Notes: generated by a model not told the origin, from the letters alone. Positions 50,464 through 61,266 are shown, counted from the first letter of the stretch. The stretch is 64,000 nt of DNA from Bacteroidaceae bacterium (GCA_024683455.1 JAIKYE010000041.1:47605-111604), one strand, 5' to 3'. Numbers and translations: made by a program.

Positions 50464-51804
50464 CTACACAATTCCTTGTGCCATCATTGCTCTGGCAACC
50501 TTCATGAAGCCTGCAATGTTAGCCCCCTTAACATAATTAATGTAACCATCTGGTTCCGTGCCATACTCACAACATTGTTTGTGTATGCCGTGCATAATCT
50601 CATGCAGGCGCTTGTCAACGTCGGCAGCACTCCAAGAAAGGTGCATGGCATTTTGACTCATCTCCAAGCCACTGGTAGCCACACCGCCAGCATTTACAGC
50701 CTTGCCGGGGGCATATAGAATCTTATTCTTGAGGAACAGATCTATGGCATCAGGAGTACAGCCCATATTACTTATTTCACCTACGCAAAGCACTTTGTTG
50801 TCAATCAATTGTTGTGCATCTTCGGCATTCAACTCGTTCTGTGTAGCACAAGGCAGGGCAATATCCACCTTCACCTCCCAAGGTTTCTTGCCTGGATAGA
50901 AGGTTGCACCGGAGAACTCCTCTGCATATGGAGCAACAATATCGTTACCGCTCGCACGAAGCTCCAACATATAGTCTATCTTACTGCCATCAATTCCATT
51001 GGGGTCATAGATATAACCATCAGGACCACTGATTGTCACAACCTTAGCCCCCAACTGTGTTGCCTTAGTGGCAGCGCCCCATGCGACATTGCCAAATCCG
51101 CTAATAGCAACCGTCTTGCCAGCTAATTCTTGGCCGGCCGTCTCCAGCATCTCATTAACAAAGTACAATCCACCAAAACCCGTTGCTTCAGGACGAATCA
51201 ATGAGCCACCATAATCCAATCCTTTACCTGTGAGCACGCCACTGAAATCACGGGTCAGCTTCTTATACAGTCCGAACAAATAGCCAATCTCTCTGGCACC
51301 AACGCCGATATCACCGGCAGGAACGTCTATCTCAGGACCAATGTAACGGTACAATTCACTCATGAAAGCTTGGCAAAAACGTTCAATTTCGGCATCACTT
51401 TTTCCGCGTGGAGAGAAATCACTACCACCCTTTCCGCCACCCATTGGTAGTGTGGTAAGGGCATTCTTGAATGTCTGTTCAAATCCTAAGAACTTAAGGA
51501 TACTTAAGTTTACTGAAGCATGGAAACGCAATCCACCCTTATAAGGACCAATTGCGCTATTAAACTGAACACGGTAGCCGATGTTTACCTGCACCTGTCC
51601 CTTATCATCTACCCAAGGAACACGGAAGGTAATAATACGCTCGGGCTCCACCAGTCGTTCTAATAGTGCTTTACGTTCAAACTCTGGATGTTGGTCATAT
51701 ACATCTTTAATAAAAACCAACACCTCACGAACTGCTTGTAAGTATTCTCTTTCTCCAGGATGACGTCTTTCAAGACGTTGCATAAAATCATTAATATCCA
51801 ACAT
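50464..51804 (-). CDS. gdhA: NADP-specific glutamate dehydrogenase
   Basis: 446 aa. Motif PMGGGKGGSDF and the dinucleotide fold GFGNVAWG are present. Confidence 0.95.
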   Translation of the reverse strand: MLDINDFMQRLERRHPGEREYLQAVREVLVFIKDVYDQHPEFERKALLERLVEPERIITFRVPWVDDKGQVQVNIGYRVQFNSAIGPYKGGLRFHASVNLSILKFLGFEQTFKNALTTLPMGGGKGGSDFSPRGKSDAEIERFCQAFMSELYRYIGPEIDVPAGDIGVGAREIGYLFGLYKKLTRDFSGVLTGKGLDYGGSLIRPEATGFGGLYFVNEMLETAGQELAGKTVAISGFGNVAWGAATKATQLGAKVVTISGPDGYIYDPNGIDGSKIDYMLELRASGNDIVAPYAEEFSGATFYPGKKPWEVKVDIALPCATQNELNAEDAQQLIDNKVLCVGEISNMGCTPDAIDLFLKNKILYAPGKAVNAGGVATSGLEMSQNAMHLSWSAADVDKRLHEIMHGIHKQCCEYGTEPDGYINYVKGANIAGFMKVARAMMAQGIV

Positions 51805-52004
51805 GGTATATCTCGTTTTAGTTAATTAAAGAATCTAATGCAAATATATTAAACTTTCATTTCTTCGCAAAGGATTTTCCCCTAATATTTATCAACGAGC
51901 TATCATTTTGTAAAGTTACATGTGGCAATTTTAGGACTTTAGCGGCGTTTAAAGTAGCATTTTATCACTAAACAACAATCATATATACAATGATTATACA
52001 AATC

Positions 52005-53117
52005 TCACAGTTTCTGGTATCCCCAGAAATCTATAATATCCCCCCATGCATCGTTTACCATTTTCACAGTTCGAGAATCATATTTATACATGTTCTTTTT
52101 ATGTCCCTTTTTTAAATTCACATAAGATTCTATCACAAAGCGAGCTTCATCCCAACCAGGAATCTCCAGTTCATGGTAAATGCGCTCTGTAATCTCAAGG
52201 GCATTACGCTCAAACTCTTCAAACTTCACCTCGAACAAATTTCCATCAGGGATATATTTCTTCTGCTCCTGATAAGCATCGAACAACTCTCGGTATACAT
52301 ACAGGATGTTTTGCTCCATCTCCTCAACAGAAATGCTGTTTAACTCCAAAGGAGCACCCGTCTGGGTAAAGAAGGAACGGCAGCTTTCGAACACCGTGTA
52401 AGGGTTGCGGATGAGATAAATAAATTTGGCCTTAGGAAACATCTCCACCAATGTTTTTATTTTACCAGTATGAGGTGGATTTTTGCTTAGATACTGTGCA
52501 TCCTTAACGCCGTATCGGCTATTCCACATACTCACCTTTACAACCTTCATAAACTTATCTTTGAAGTCGGCAATCTCTTCTGGAGTTGCTTTCTTCATGG
52601 TCAGAAAGCGGTCACAATACTCTCTCATATTCTGCGGAAAGAACCAGAAATTGTAATAAGATGCGGGGCAGGTATTCAGAAGAGCGAACTCTTCCTCCTG
52701 TGGAAGATCAGGACTCAGCTCCATCTTATCTGTAGGTCTATTCTTAGGCATAAAAGTGCTAAAAATAGGCTTCAACAGCCATTGCATGGACATCATTAGG
52801 TGAGGAAATACTGTTTGATACGTTGTCGTATAGCCAAAATGAGAATCTTGAGCAAAAATATTATGGACAAAAGTCGTTCCGCTACGCCAATGTCCCAATA
52901 TAAAGACAGGGTCATGTTGCAGAGGGTCATTAGCCAATAGTTTCTGATATTTCCGATCCTGCAGGGGAGCAAAAAGACTAACCACTCTGCAGAGACATCG
53001 GGTTAGCAACATTTTGGAACGTTTATTTGGTGCTACATAACGACTATGCGTTACAGTCTTGAACGTTTTCCAGTCGGCTCCTACCAAAGTATTCACTGGT
53101 AAATCAGAAAAATTCAT
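52005..53117 (-). CDS. PAPS-dependent sulfotransferase family protein
   Basis: 370 aa. It has a 5'-phosphosulfate-binding loop HWRSGTTF and a 3'-phosphate-binding-like segment LIRNPYTVFES. It is the last gene of the cys operon. Confidence 0.75.
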   Translation of the reverse strand: MNFSDLPVNTLVGADWKTFKTVTHSRYVAPNKRSKMLLTRCLCRVVSLFAPLQDRKYQKLLANDPLQHDPVFILGHWRSGTTFVHNIFAQDSHFGYTTTYQTVFPHLMMSMQWLLKPIFSTFMPKNRPTDKMELSPDLPQEEEFALLNTCPASYYNFWFFPQNMREYCDRFLTMKKATPEEIADFKDKFMKVVKVSMWNSRYGVKDAQYLSKNPPHTGKIKTLVEMFPKAKFIYLIRNPYTVFESCRSFFTQTGAPLELNSISVEEMEQNILYVYRELFDAYQEQKKYIPDGNLFEVKFEEFERNALEITERIYHELEIPGWDEARFVIESYVNLKKGHKKNMYKYDSRTVKMVNDAWGDIIDFWGYQKL

Positions 53118-53164
53118 TTCTCAAGTTTGACATTATACATTTAACATAGGCATAAATCAACAAC

Positions 53165-54616
53165 CTAACGCCTAATATGAATCTCCAATCCCTGACGAGA
53201 AAGTTCTTTCACTGCTTTCTCTATTGAATCATAGTGCTCCTCTCCTATTCCAAGTTTCTTCAGGTCGAGCGTGGGAACATCTGCTTGGTTGATATCGTTC
53301 ATCTCATGCGAACGGATTATCATACCCACAGCAGAGGTGTTGTTTGTGATGGGATCGATGAGGATGAAGGCGCCAGTAGCCTTATTCTGCTTGTAGGCAT
53401 CGAAGAAGATTGTCTTGGCCGTGGTAATCCGGACGCAACCTATCTCGTTCAGTTTAAAGTCGGTGCCAAACGACAGCTTCATGGTATTGACGTCCACGCG
53501 GTAAAGAATCTCATCAATTGTGGCACGAGTAGTATTGGTGTTGTGCTTCAGAAAAAACTGCTTGCCGCGGTCCATAGGCTCCTCGTCCATCCATACGAGC
53601 ATAGTCTGGAAGTAGCGACCTATGTTCGGCAGGTTGTCGGGGCGGACAATCATCTCGCCACGACTGATATCAATTTCGTCCTCCAAGGTAACAGTTACAC
53701 TTTGGGGGCAGAAAGCGTAGGTAAGCTCACCTTCATAAGTGACAATGCTCTTTACGCGGCTTTTCTTCATGCTAGGCAGGGCAACAACCTCATCGCCTTT
53801 ATGGATTACGCCGCTGGCAATCTTTCCGCAGAAACCGCGGAAATCTAGGTTTGGACGCAGGACGTACTGAACAGGGAAACGGAAGTCTTGCATGTTGCGA
53901 TCGCGGTCGATTGGCACAGTCTCCAGAAATTGAAGCAATGACGAGCCCTGAAACCATGGCGTGCGATGACTCTTCTCCACCACATTGTCACCATCCAAGG
54001 CAGACAAGGGAATGCACGTTACATCCTCAATGCCCAACTGAGTGGTCAGTGTCAGGTATTCGTTCCTTATCTTTGTAAATACTTCCTCAGAGAAGTTAAC
54101 CAAATCCATTTTATTTACTGCCAGAACAATATGCTTGATTCCTAGGAGGGAAACCAAGAAAGAATGACGGCGCGTCTGCGTGATAACTCCAGAACGGGCA
54201 TCTACCAAGATGATAGCCAGATTAGCCGTACTGCCACCGGTAATCATATTACGTGTGTACTGTTCATGTCCCGGTGTATCAGCGATGATAAACTTACGCT
54301 GATTGGTAGAGAAATAGCGGTACGCCACATCAATGGTAATGCCTTCCTCGCGTTCGGCTTTCAAACCATCCAGCAAGAGGGCATAGTCTATCTGACCAGC
54401 TCCAGCATTTCCGATACGTCTAGAATCTCGCTCCAATGCTTGCAACTGATCTTCGTAAAGTTTCTTGCTATCAAAAAGAAGTCGGCCTATCAGTGTCGAT
54501 TTTCCATCATCAACAGAACCTGCTGTCAAAAGCCTAAGCAAATCCTTCTTCTCGTCGGCATCAAGATAAGCCTTTATATCTAATTTCTTGTCTTCCACGT
54601 TGAACCAAATTTTCAA
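53165..54616 (-). CDS. cysN: sulfate adenylyltransferase subunit 1 (GTPase)
   Basis: G-domain motifs [14 protein letters not shown] and NKMD are present. There is no in-frame ATG upstream of the G1 motif, so a TTG start at 54616 is assumed. Confidence 0.9.
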   Translation of the reverse strand: MKIWFNVEDKKLDIKAYLDADEKKDLLRLLTAGSVDDGKSTLIGRLLFDSKKLYEDQLQALERDSRRIGNAGAGQIDYALLLDGLKAEREEGITIDVAYRYFSTNQRKFIIADTPGHEQYTRNMITGGSTANLAIILVDARSGVITQTRRHSFLVSLLGIKHIVLAVNKMDLVNFSEEVFTKIRNEYLTLTTQLGIEDVTCIPLSALDGDNVVEKSHRTPWFQGSSLLQFLETVPIDRDRNMQDFRFPVQYVLRPNLDFRGFCGKIASGVIHKGDEVVALPSMKKSRVKSIVTYEGELTYAFCPQSVTVTLEDEIDISRGEMIVRPDNLPNIGRYFQTMLVWMDEEPMDRGKQFFLKHNTNTTRATIDEILYRVDVNTMKLSFGTDFKLNEIGCVRITTAKTIFFDAYKQNKATGAFILIDPITNNTSAVGMIIRSHEMNDINQADVPTLDLKKLGIGEEHYDSIEKAVKELSRQGLEIHIRR

Positions 54617-54633
54617 TTCACAATTTTTAACTA

Positions 54634-55545
54634 TTAAAAGTATCCCTCCCTTTTCTTTTGCTCCATGCTAGCTTCCTGATCGAAGTCAATTACTCGGGTT
54701 GTTCTCTCGCTCTTAGTTGTGGTCATCATCTCTTCCACAATCTCTTCAATAGTGGTTGCTTTAGACTCTACGGCACCCGTTAATGGCCAGCAGCCGAGCG
54801 TACGAAAACGAACCATGCGATTACGAATCTTGGGTATCAGCTCTTTGGGCAGACGATTGTCATCGGCCATGATAAGGTTACCATCAATCTCTACACAAGG
54901 ACGTTCCTTTGCATAATATAAGGGTACAATGGGAATATTCTCCAGACGGATATACTGCCAGATGTCTAGCTCAGTCCAATTACTCAGCGGAAAAACACGA
55001 ATACTCTCGCCTTTGTGAACTCTACTGTTGTAAATGTCCCATAGTTCTGGCCGTTGGTTCTTGGGATCCCACTGGTTAAACTGGTCGCGGAAACTGAAAA
55101 TACGCTCCTTGGCACGACTTTTCTCCTCATCCCTGCGAGCACCGCCAAAGGCTGCATCGAACTTATATTTGTTCAACGCATCCAATAGGGCTTTTGTCTT
55201 CATCAGATCGGTATGCACTTTACTTCCGTGCGTAAAGGGTCCCACTCCAGCATTGAATGCCTCCATATTGCTTTCAACTATCAGGTTCCAACCATGCTCT
55301 TTGGCATAACGATCACGAAACTCTATCATTTCACGAAACTTCCATTTAGAATCAATATGCATCAAAGGGAACGGAACCTTGCCTGGAGCAAAAGCTTTTT
55401 CGGCCAAACGCACCATTACACTTGAGTCTTTACCTATACTATAAAGCATGACAGGATTCTCAAACTCGGCAGCCACTTCACGAATGATATGAATGCTCTC
55501 AGCTTCTAGTTCCTGCAAATGCGACAGGCTGTATTCTATAGCCAT
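54634..55545 (-). CDS. cysD: sulfate adenylyltransferase subunit 2
   Basis: 303 aa. The PAPS-reductase-like fold motif YSIGKDSSV is present, and the C-terminal EQKKREGYF is typical of CysD. Confidence 0.95.
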   Translation of the reverse strand: MAIEYSLSHLQELEAESIHIIREVAAEFENPVMLYSIGKDSSVMVRLAEKAFAPGKVPFPLMHIDSKWKFREMIEFRDRYAKEHGWNLIVESNMEAFNAGVGPFTHGSKVHTDLMKTKALLDALNKYKFDAAFGGARRDEEKSRAKERIFSFRDQFNQWDPKNQRPELWDIYNSRVHKGESIRVFPLSNWTELDIWQYIRLENIPIVPLYYAKERPCVEIDGNLIMADDNRLPKELIPKIRNRMVRFRTLGCWPLTGAVESKATTIEEIVEEMMTTTKSERTTRVIDFDQEASMEQKKREGYF

Positions 55546-55569
55546 AATTCAAAAAATATAAATCCGAAA

Positions 55570-56160
55570 TTAAAAACTATTCAGAATCATCATCACCACC
55601 CTATTTACAGATTCCTCTAACGCAAGGCGGCTGGTATCAATCTCCAATGCAGGGTTCTCTGGTATCTCGAAGGGTGCACTAATACCAGTAAAGTTTTTCA
55701 CCTCACCCATTCTAGCTCTAGCATATAGACCTTTAACATCACGACGCTCACATTCTTCAAGGGGAGTTGAGACAAAAACATCCTTAAAGTCCTCCTCGCC
55801 AATGATATTACGGGCTAACATTCGCAAATCGTTGGTAGGGCTGACAAAACAGGCAAGTGTTACAATCCCCGTCTGTACAAATAATTTTCCTATTTCTGCT
55901 ATCCTACGGATATTCTCCATTCTGTCTTCGGCAGAAAAACCGAGATTGCTATTGATGCCAGCTCTGATATTATCACCATCCAAAATCCTACAGAGTATGC
56001 CACGTTTGTGTAGTTCACGCTCAACCCCCATAGCAATGGTACTCTTGCCGCTTCCACTCAGGCCAGTGAACCAAACCATTAGGCCATGCTGGTGTAGAAG
56101 TTTCTCCTTATCAGAACGAGACATCATCTGATCATATATAGGATATATGTTTTCAGCCAT
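55570..56160 (-). CDS. cysC: adenylyl-sulfate (APS) kinase
   Basis: 196 aa. P-loop GLSGSGKST and LDGDNIR are present. Confidence 0.95.
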   Translation of the reverse strand: MAENIYPIYDQMMSRSDKEKLLHQHGLMVWFTGLSGSGKSTIAMGVERELHKRGILCRILDGDNIRAGINSNLGFSAEDRMENIRRIAEIGKLFVQTGIVTLACFVSPTNDLRMLARNIIGEEDFKDVFVSTPLEECERRDVKGLYARARMGEVKNFTGISAPFEIPENPALEIDTSRLALEESVNRVVMMILNSF

Positions 56161-56166
56161 AATTTA

Positions 56167-57747
56167 TTAACAATAAAACAGAGGTATCAAGAATACGCTC
56201 ATCAGGAATACTATGATATTAAGTGGGAGTCCCACCTTGACAAAGTCCTTAAACTTGTAGCCTCCGACGCCTTGCACAATCAGATTTGTCTGATACCCAA
56301 TAGGGGTGCTAAAGGCTGCACTGGCAGCAAAACAGATGCAAACAAAGAAAGGTGTCGGATCCATCCCCAATTTATTACTAATGGACACTGCCAATGGAAA
56401 TGCTAAAGCTGCGGCAGCATTGTTAGTGATTACCTCAGTAAAGATGTTGGTTATGACAAACAATGCCGATAACATAATGTAGATACCGTTCTCACTATGT
56501 CGGGCTTGCTCAGCCAAGGCAATAATGTAATCGCCAATATAATCTGCCAAACCACTATTTATCATTCCTTTACTAATACCAAAGGCACAGGCAATGGTAA
56601 TAAGAACGTCCCAAGAAATCAATTTGGTGTATTTACGAGGCGAAAACATCTTAGTCCATGCCATCAACACTGTGGTTATGGCAGCAAAAAAGAACATATC
56701 GAGCTTCACCTTCAATCCCCACTCCTGAACAAAAGGCAGTTCACCTACCGTAGCTCCTAATACCATTAGGGCTACCAGCACCAACGCAAAGTTTTTTTTA
56801 TGCATACTTAATTCTGGTTCTGCCCCAACCACGTTCAACATCCAAAATACACGACTCTCACCCCACGTGGGCATAAAAGTATCATCAGCTTCTAGAACAA
56901 GGGTATCATGCTTAGTAAGTGGTTCATTAACCCAGTCACCTGTCAGGAGCGTACCTCCTCGTTTAATACACTTCACATTGGCTCCATAATGACGATAAAA
57001 ATCAAACTCTCGCAACGTCTTTCCCAAACCAGGAAAACGAGTGCTTGGCATTGCCTCCACATATACAACACCTGAGTCTACGTTTTCTTCCTCCTCATTA
57101 AGCGCGGTCTCACGTTTATCTGGTAGCAAATAGCGGGATATCATTATTAAGTAAAACAGACCTGTCAATGCAATAAAGACTCCTACCTTAGAAAGTTCAA
57201 ACATACCCAATGTATGTCCATTCGTTACAATATTGGCTTCTATAGCATCGTCAATCAGTCCGTCTAAAACAAGATTGGTACTGGTTCCAATCAAAGTACA
57301 GACACCACCCAGGATGGTTGCATAACTTAAGGGGATAAGGAATTTTGTTGGAGGCATTTTCATCTTCTTAGCCCAGTTCTTAATCATGGGTCCAAAGATT
57401 ACTACCACAGGTGTATTATTCAAAAAGGCTGATATGAAAGATATCAGCGGAAGGAAATTCATTAATGCCTTGGTCAACGAAACATTCTTGGATGGTAACA
57501 TGTAATAGATAATACGTTCTAGAACACCACTTTTGCGGACTCCCTCGCTAACAAGATACAGCAGAGCCACCGTTATCATACCTTTACTACAGAAGCCCTC
57601 CAAAGCTTCCTTAGGCTGCAAGATTCCAACGCATAGGAGCGAAACAACAACCGAGAACAAAATTAGTCCCGGCCTCAACTTGTCTGTCATCAGTGCCCAT
57701 AGCATCAGCACAATGACACACGCCATAAAAATGATTTCAAATGACAT
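56167..57747 (-). CDS. SLC13/DASS-superfamily permease with two central TrkA-C (RCK_C) domains; candidate sulfate importer
   Basis: Two transporter halves flank a ~150-aa soluble insert (VEAMPSTRFPGLGKTLREF...TLVLEADD). The ATG at 57747 is the likely start, because the track start at 57786 is a TTG upstream of the promoter box. It is the first gene of the cys operon. Confidence 0.8.
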   Translation of the reverse strand: MSFEIIFMACVIVLMLWALMTDKLRPGLILFSVVVSLLCVGILQPKEALEGFCSKGMITVALLYLVSEGVRKSGVLERIIYYMLPSKNVSLTKALMNFLPLISFISAFLNNTPVVVIFGPMIKNWAKKMKMPPTKFLIPLSYATILGGVCTLIGTSTNLVLDGLIDDAIEANIVTNGHTLGMFELSKVGVFIALTGLFYLIMISRYLLPDKRETALNEEEENVDSGVVYVEAMPSTRFPGLGKTLREFDFYRHYGANVKCIKRGGTLLTGDWVNEPLTKHDTLVLEADDTFMPTWGESRVFWMLNVVGAEPELSMHKKNFALVLVALMVLGATVGELPFVQEWGLKVKLDMFFFAAITTVLMAWTKMFSPRKYTKLISWDVLITIACAFGISKGMINSGLADYIGDYIIALAEQARHSENGIYIMLSALFVITNIFTEVITNNAAAALAFPLAVSISNKLGMDPTPFFVCICFAASAAFSTPIGYQTNLIVQGVGGYKFKDFVKVGLPLNIIVFLMSVFLIPLFYC

Positions 57748-57755
57748 ATTGACGG

Positions 57756-57763
57756 CAAATTTA
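57756..57763 (-). promoter_or_regulatory. Bacteroidetes -7 box of the sulfation operon
   Basis: TAAATTTG on the minus strand has a TTTG about 20 nt further upstream. It sits only ~8 nt from the ATG at 57747, which implies a near-leaderless mRNA. Confidence 0.45.
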
Positions 57764-57794
57764 CGAAAAATCGAGAATAAGGCCAAATGAAATC

Positions 57795-57840
57795 AAAGAA
57801 AAAGTGGTATTTCCCAAACACAGAAGGGGAATACCACTTT
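57795..57840 (-). terminator. terminator of carB
   Basis: A ~15-bp stem AAAGTGGTATTCCCC/GGGAAATACCACTTT, read on the minus strand with one mismatch, is followed by TTCTTTGATTT. Confidence 0.7.
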
Positions 57841-57881
57841 CGAAAACTCAAAATTAATTCTGATATGCAAAGAGAAACTTA

Positions 57882-60800
57882 TTAATACTCGTTCCAGCTC
57901 TTGATGGCCAAATCATCTTGACTAAGTGTACAGAACGCTTCGATGAAGGCACTTGCCAAACGAGAGTTGGTAATTAGAGGAATGTTATGGTCGATGGCAC
58001 CACGACGAATCTTGTAGCCGTTTGTCAACTCACGCTCCGTATGATTCTTAGGAATGTTGACAACCAAATCAAACTTGTGATCCGCAATCATCTGCATTAC
58101 ATTTTCGCGACCGTTGTCATTATTCTCATCAGGCCAGTTTACAGCAATAGCCTTGGCACCGTTATCATTCAAGAATTTAGCAGTACCTTCGCTAGCATAG
58201 ATGGTATAGCCAGCCTTTGTTAACATACGAGCGCCATCCAGCAATCTAACTTTCTCCTTAGTCTCACCACTTGAAATCATGATGCCTTTATCTTTGCTTG
58301 GAATCTTATAACCTGTAGCGATGAGTGAGTTCATAAGAGCCTCTTCGAAAGTATCACCTAAGCAACCAACCTCACCAGTACTGCTCATATCTACGCCTAG
58401 AATTGGGTCTGTGTTTTGCAGACGATTGAAGCTGAACTGACTGGCCTTAACACCAATGCGGTCAATATCAAATGCACTCTTGTCAGGCTGTGTATAGGGA
58501 GCATCCAACATGATACGTGTTGCTGTATCAATGAAGTTGCGCTTTAACACCTTGCTAACGAAGGGGAACGAACGGCTTGCACGCAGGTTACACTCAATAA
58601 CCTTAACGTCACGTCCCTTAGCTAAATACTGGATATTGAAAGGTCCGCTGATGTTCAATTCCTTGGCAATAGCACGTGAAATCTTTTTTATTTGACGAGC
58701 TGTAGCAAAGCTGATCTGTTGGGCGGGGAATGTCATAGTAGCATCACCAGAGTGAACGCCAGCAAACTCAACGTGCTCGGAGATAGCATATTCAACAACC
58801 TCACCGCACTTGGCAACAGCATCAAACTCAATCTCGTTAGTCTCCTGCATGAACTGACTGATAACAACAGGATACTCCTTGCTAACCTCACTGGCAAGTT
58901 CCAAGAAGCGTTTCAACTCCTCGTCGTTGTGACATACGTTCATGGCAGCACCAGAGAGTACATAAGAAGGACGAACCAGAACGGGATAGCCAACTTCGTC
59001 AACAAACTTTTTAACATCGTCCATTGATGTCAAAGCACTCCACTTGGGCTGATCAATGCCCAGTTGGTCAAGCATTGCTGAGAACTTGTTTCGGTTCTCG
59101 GCACGGTCGATGCTGACGGGACTAGTACCCAAGATGGGCACACTCTGACGGTATAGCTTCATAGCCAGGTTGTTAGGAATCTGACCACCCACACTGACAA
59201 TTACGCCATTGGGATTCTCAAGATCAATTACGTCCATTACACGCTCGAATGACAACTCATCAAAGTACAGACGGTCACACATATCGTAGTCGGTACTTAC
59301 GGTCTCAGGGTTGTAGTTAATCATGATTGACTTGTAACCCAACTTGCGTGCAGTCTGAATAGCATTTACAGAACACCAGTCAAACTCAACACTCGAACCG
59401 ATACGATAAGCACCAGAACCTAATACAATTACGGATTTTTCATTCTTGTAGTAATTTACATCATATCCTTCAGTTGCGTAGGTCATGTAAAGATAGTTGG
59501 TCAGGTCGGGATGCTCGCTGGCAACGGTAGGAATACGCTTAACCGCAGGAAGAACACCTTCCTTGATACGGTGTTGACGTACAGCCAAATTCTCACGCTC
59601 CATATTACCGCTTGTAGGCTTCAACACGAAGCGTGCAATCTGAAAGTCAGAGAAGCCCAACATCTTAGCCTTCTTCAGTACATCTTTGGGAAGTTCCTCC
59701 AGTGTGTTGTAACCTTCCAGTACCTTTTTGTAATCTACAATGTTCTTCATGCGCTCGATGAACCAAGGATCAATCTTGGTCAACTCATTGATGCGCTCTA
59801 CAGTATAGCCTTCTTCCAAAGCCTGAGCAATAGCAAAGATGCGTAAGTCTGTGGGGTTGGCTAACTCCTCGTCAAGGTCAGTGAACTTAACGTGGTCATT
59901 ACCTACAAATCCGTGCATACCCTGACCTACCATACGCAGACCTTTCTGAATCATTTCCTCGAAACTGCGACCGATACTCATAATCTCGCCTACAGACTTC
60001 ATGCTGGAACCAATCTTACGACTTACACCGGCAAACTTGGTGAGGTCCCAACGAGGAATCTTACATATCATATAATCCAGTGAAGGAGCAACGTATGCTG
60101 AGTTTGTGGTACCCATCTCACCAATCTGGTCAAGGGTATAACCCAATGCTATCTTGGCAGCAACAAAAGCCAAGGGATAACCTGTAGCCTTAGAAGCCAA
60201 AGCAGAAGAACGGCTCAGACGCGCATTAATCTCAATAATGCGGTAGTCGTTGGTCTCTGCGTTGAAAGCAAACTGAATGTTGCACTCGCCAACGATGTTC
60301 AAGTGCTTAACACACTTGATAGTGATATCCTGCAACATCTTTACCTGCTCGTCGGTAAGTGAGCAAGTTGGAGCAACAACGATAGATTCACCTGTATGGA
60401 TACCCAGAGGATCGAAGTTCTCCATTGATGCTACTGTAAAGCAATGGTCATTAGCATCACGGATGCACTCAAACTCAATCTCTTTCCAACCCTTCAAGCA
60501 TTCTTCTACCAAAACTTGAGGTGCAAAAGTAAAGGCACTCTCAGCAATCTCACGGAAAGTCTTCTCATCAGGACAAACACCGCTGCCCAAACCACCAAGT
60601 GCATATGCAGAACGAATCATGATGGGATAGCCAATCTTACGTGCAGCAGCCACAGCAGCGTCCATTGTCTCACAAGCTTCAGATACGGGGACCTTAAGAT
60701 CAACCTTGTTCAGTTCCTTAACAAAGAGGTCACGATCCTCAGTATTCATGATAGCTTCAACCGAAGTACCCAATACCTGTACACCGTACTCCTTCAGCAC

Positions 60801-61112
60801 GCCACTCTGGTAAAGTGCAGTACCAACGTTCAAACCAGTCTGTCCGCCCCATGCCAGCATGATACCATCAGGACGCTCCTTTTTGATAATCTCAGTAATA
60901 AAATGAGGAGTGATGGGAAGGAAATATACCTTGTCAGCAATACCTTCGCTTGTCTGTATGGTTGCTACATTGGGATTTACCAGCACAGAGTAGATGCCCT
61001 CCTCTCTCAGTGCTTTCAATGCCTGGCTACCAGAGTAGTCAAACTCACCGGCCTGACCAATCTTCAATGCGCCAGAACCCAGTACAAGTACTTTCTTCAG
61101 TTTCAGTTTCAT
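57882..61112 (-). CDS. carB: carbamoyl-phosphate synthase large subunit
   Basis: 1076 aa. It has duplicated ATP-grasp halves, an oligomerisation domain and an MGS-like C-terminal domain. The N-terminal KKVLVLGSGALKIGQAGEFDYSG is the CarB hallmark. Confidence 0.97.
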   Translation of the reverse strand: MKLKLKKVLVLGSGALKIGQAGEFDYSGSQALKALREEGIYSVLVNPNVATIQTSEGIADKVYFLPITPHFITEIIKKERPDGIMLAWGGQTGLNVGTALYQSGVLKEYGVQVLGTSVEAIMNTEDRDLFVKELNKVDLKVPVSEACETMDAAVAAARKIGYPIMIRSAYALGGLGSGVCPDEKTFREIAESAFTFAPQVLVEECLKGWKEIEFECIRDANDHCFTVASMENFDPLGIHTGESIVVAPTCSLTDEQVKMLQDITIKCVKHLNIVGECNIQFAFNAETNDYRIIEINARLSRSSALASKATGYPLAFVAAKIALGYTLDQIGEMGTTNSAYVAPSLDYMICKIPRWDLTKFAGVSRKIGSSMKSVGEIMSIGRSFEEMIQKGLRMVGQGMHGFVGNDHVKFTDLDEELANPTDLRIFAIAQALEEGYTVERINELTKIDPWFIERMKNIVDYKKVLEGYNTLEELPKDVLKKAKMLGFSDFQIARFVLKPTSGNMERENLAVRQHRIKEGVLPAVKRIPTVASEHPDLTNYLYMTYATEGYDVNYYKNEKSVIVLGSGAYRIGSSVEFDWCSVNAIQTARKLGYKSIMINYNPETVSTDYDMCDRLYFDELSFERVMDVIDLENPNGVIVSVGGQIPNNLAMKLYRQSVPILGTSPVSIDRAENRNKFSAMLDQLGIDQPKWSALTSMDDVKKFVDEVGYPVLVRPSYVLSGAAMNVCHNDEELKRFLELASEVSKEYPVVISQFMQETNEIEFDAVAKCGEVVEYAISEHVEFAGVHSGDATMTFPAQQISFATARQIKKISRAIAKELNISGPFNIQYLAKGRDVKVIECNLRASRSFPFVSKVLKRNFIDTATRIMLDAPYTQPDKSAFDIDRIGVKASQFSFNRLQNTDPILGVDMSSTGEVGCLGDTFEEALMNSLIATGYKIPSKDKGIMISSGETKEKVRLLDGARMLTKAGYTIYASEGTAKFLNDNGAKAIAVNWPDENNDNGRENVMQMIADHKFDLVVNIPKNHTERELTNGYKIRRGAIDHNIPLITNSRLASAFIEAFCTLSQDDLAIKSWNEY

Positions 61113-61158
61113 AATCTTTTTCTATATTTCTATATCATTAAAATGTGTCTTTTTCTAC

Positions 61159-61201
61159 AAAAAAAAGACCACCTTGCCGATTGTGACATCGGAGGTGGTC
61201 T
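61159..61201 (-). terminator. strong intrinsic terminator inside the carB 5' leader; either a candidate attenuator or the terminator of the upstream gene
   Basis: On the minus strand, AGACCACCTCCGAT-GTCACA-ATCGGCAAGGTGGTCT is followed by eight T. It lies 47 nt upstream of the carB ATG and downstream of the promoter box at 61267..61274. Confidence 0.75.
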
Positions 61202-61266
61202 CTTTATTTTACCTTTTATGTGATGTTCTTGGTTGTCCCATAAACGCTCTTTTCATTTTTCGGGTG

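Noticed and set aside
53234-53848. 204-aa ORF antisense to cysN
   Set aside because: It is a shadow ORF inside a gene with intact GTPase motifs.
60444-61223. 259-aa ORF antisense to the 5' end of carB, running into the carB leader
   Set aside because: It is a shadow ORF of a highly conserved gene. Its tail merely reads through the hairpin region.
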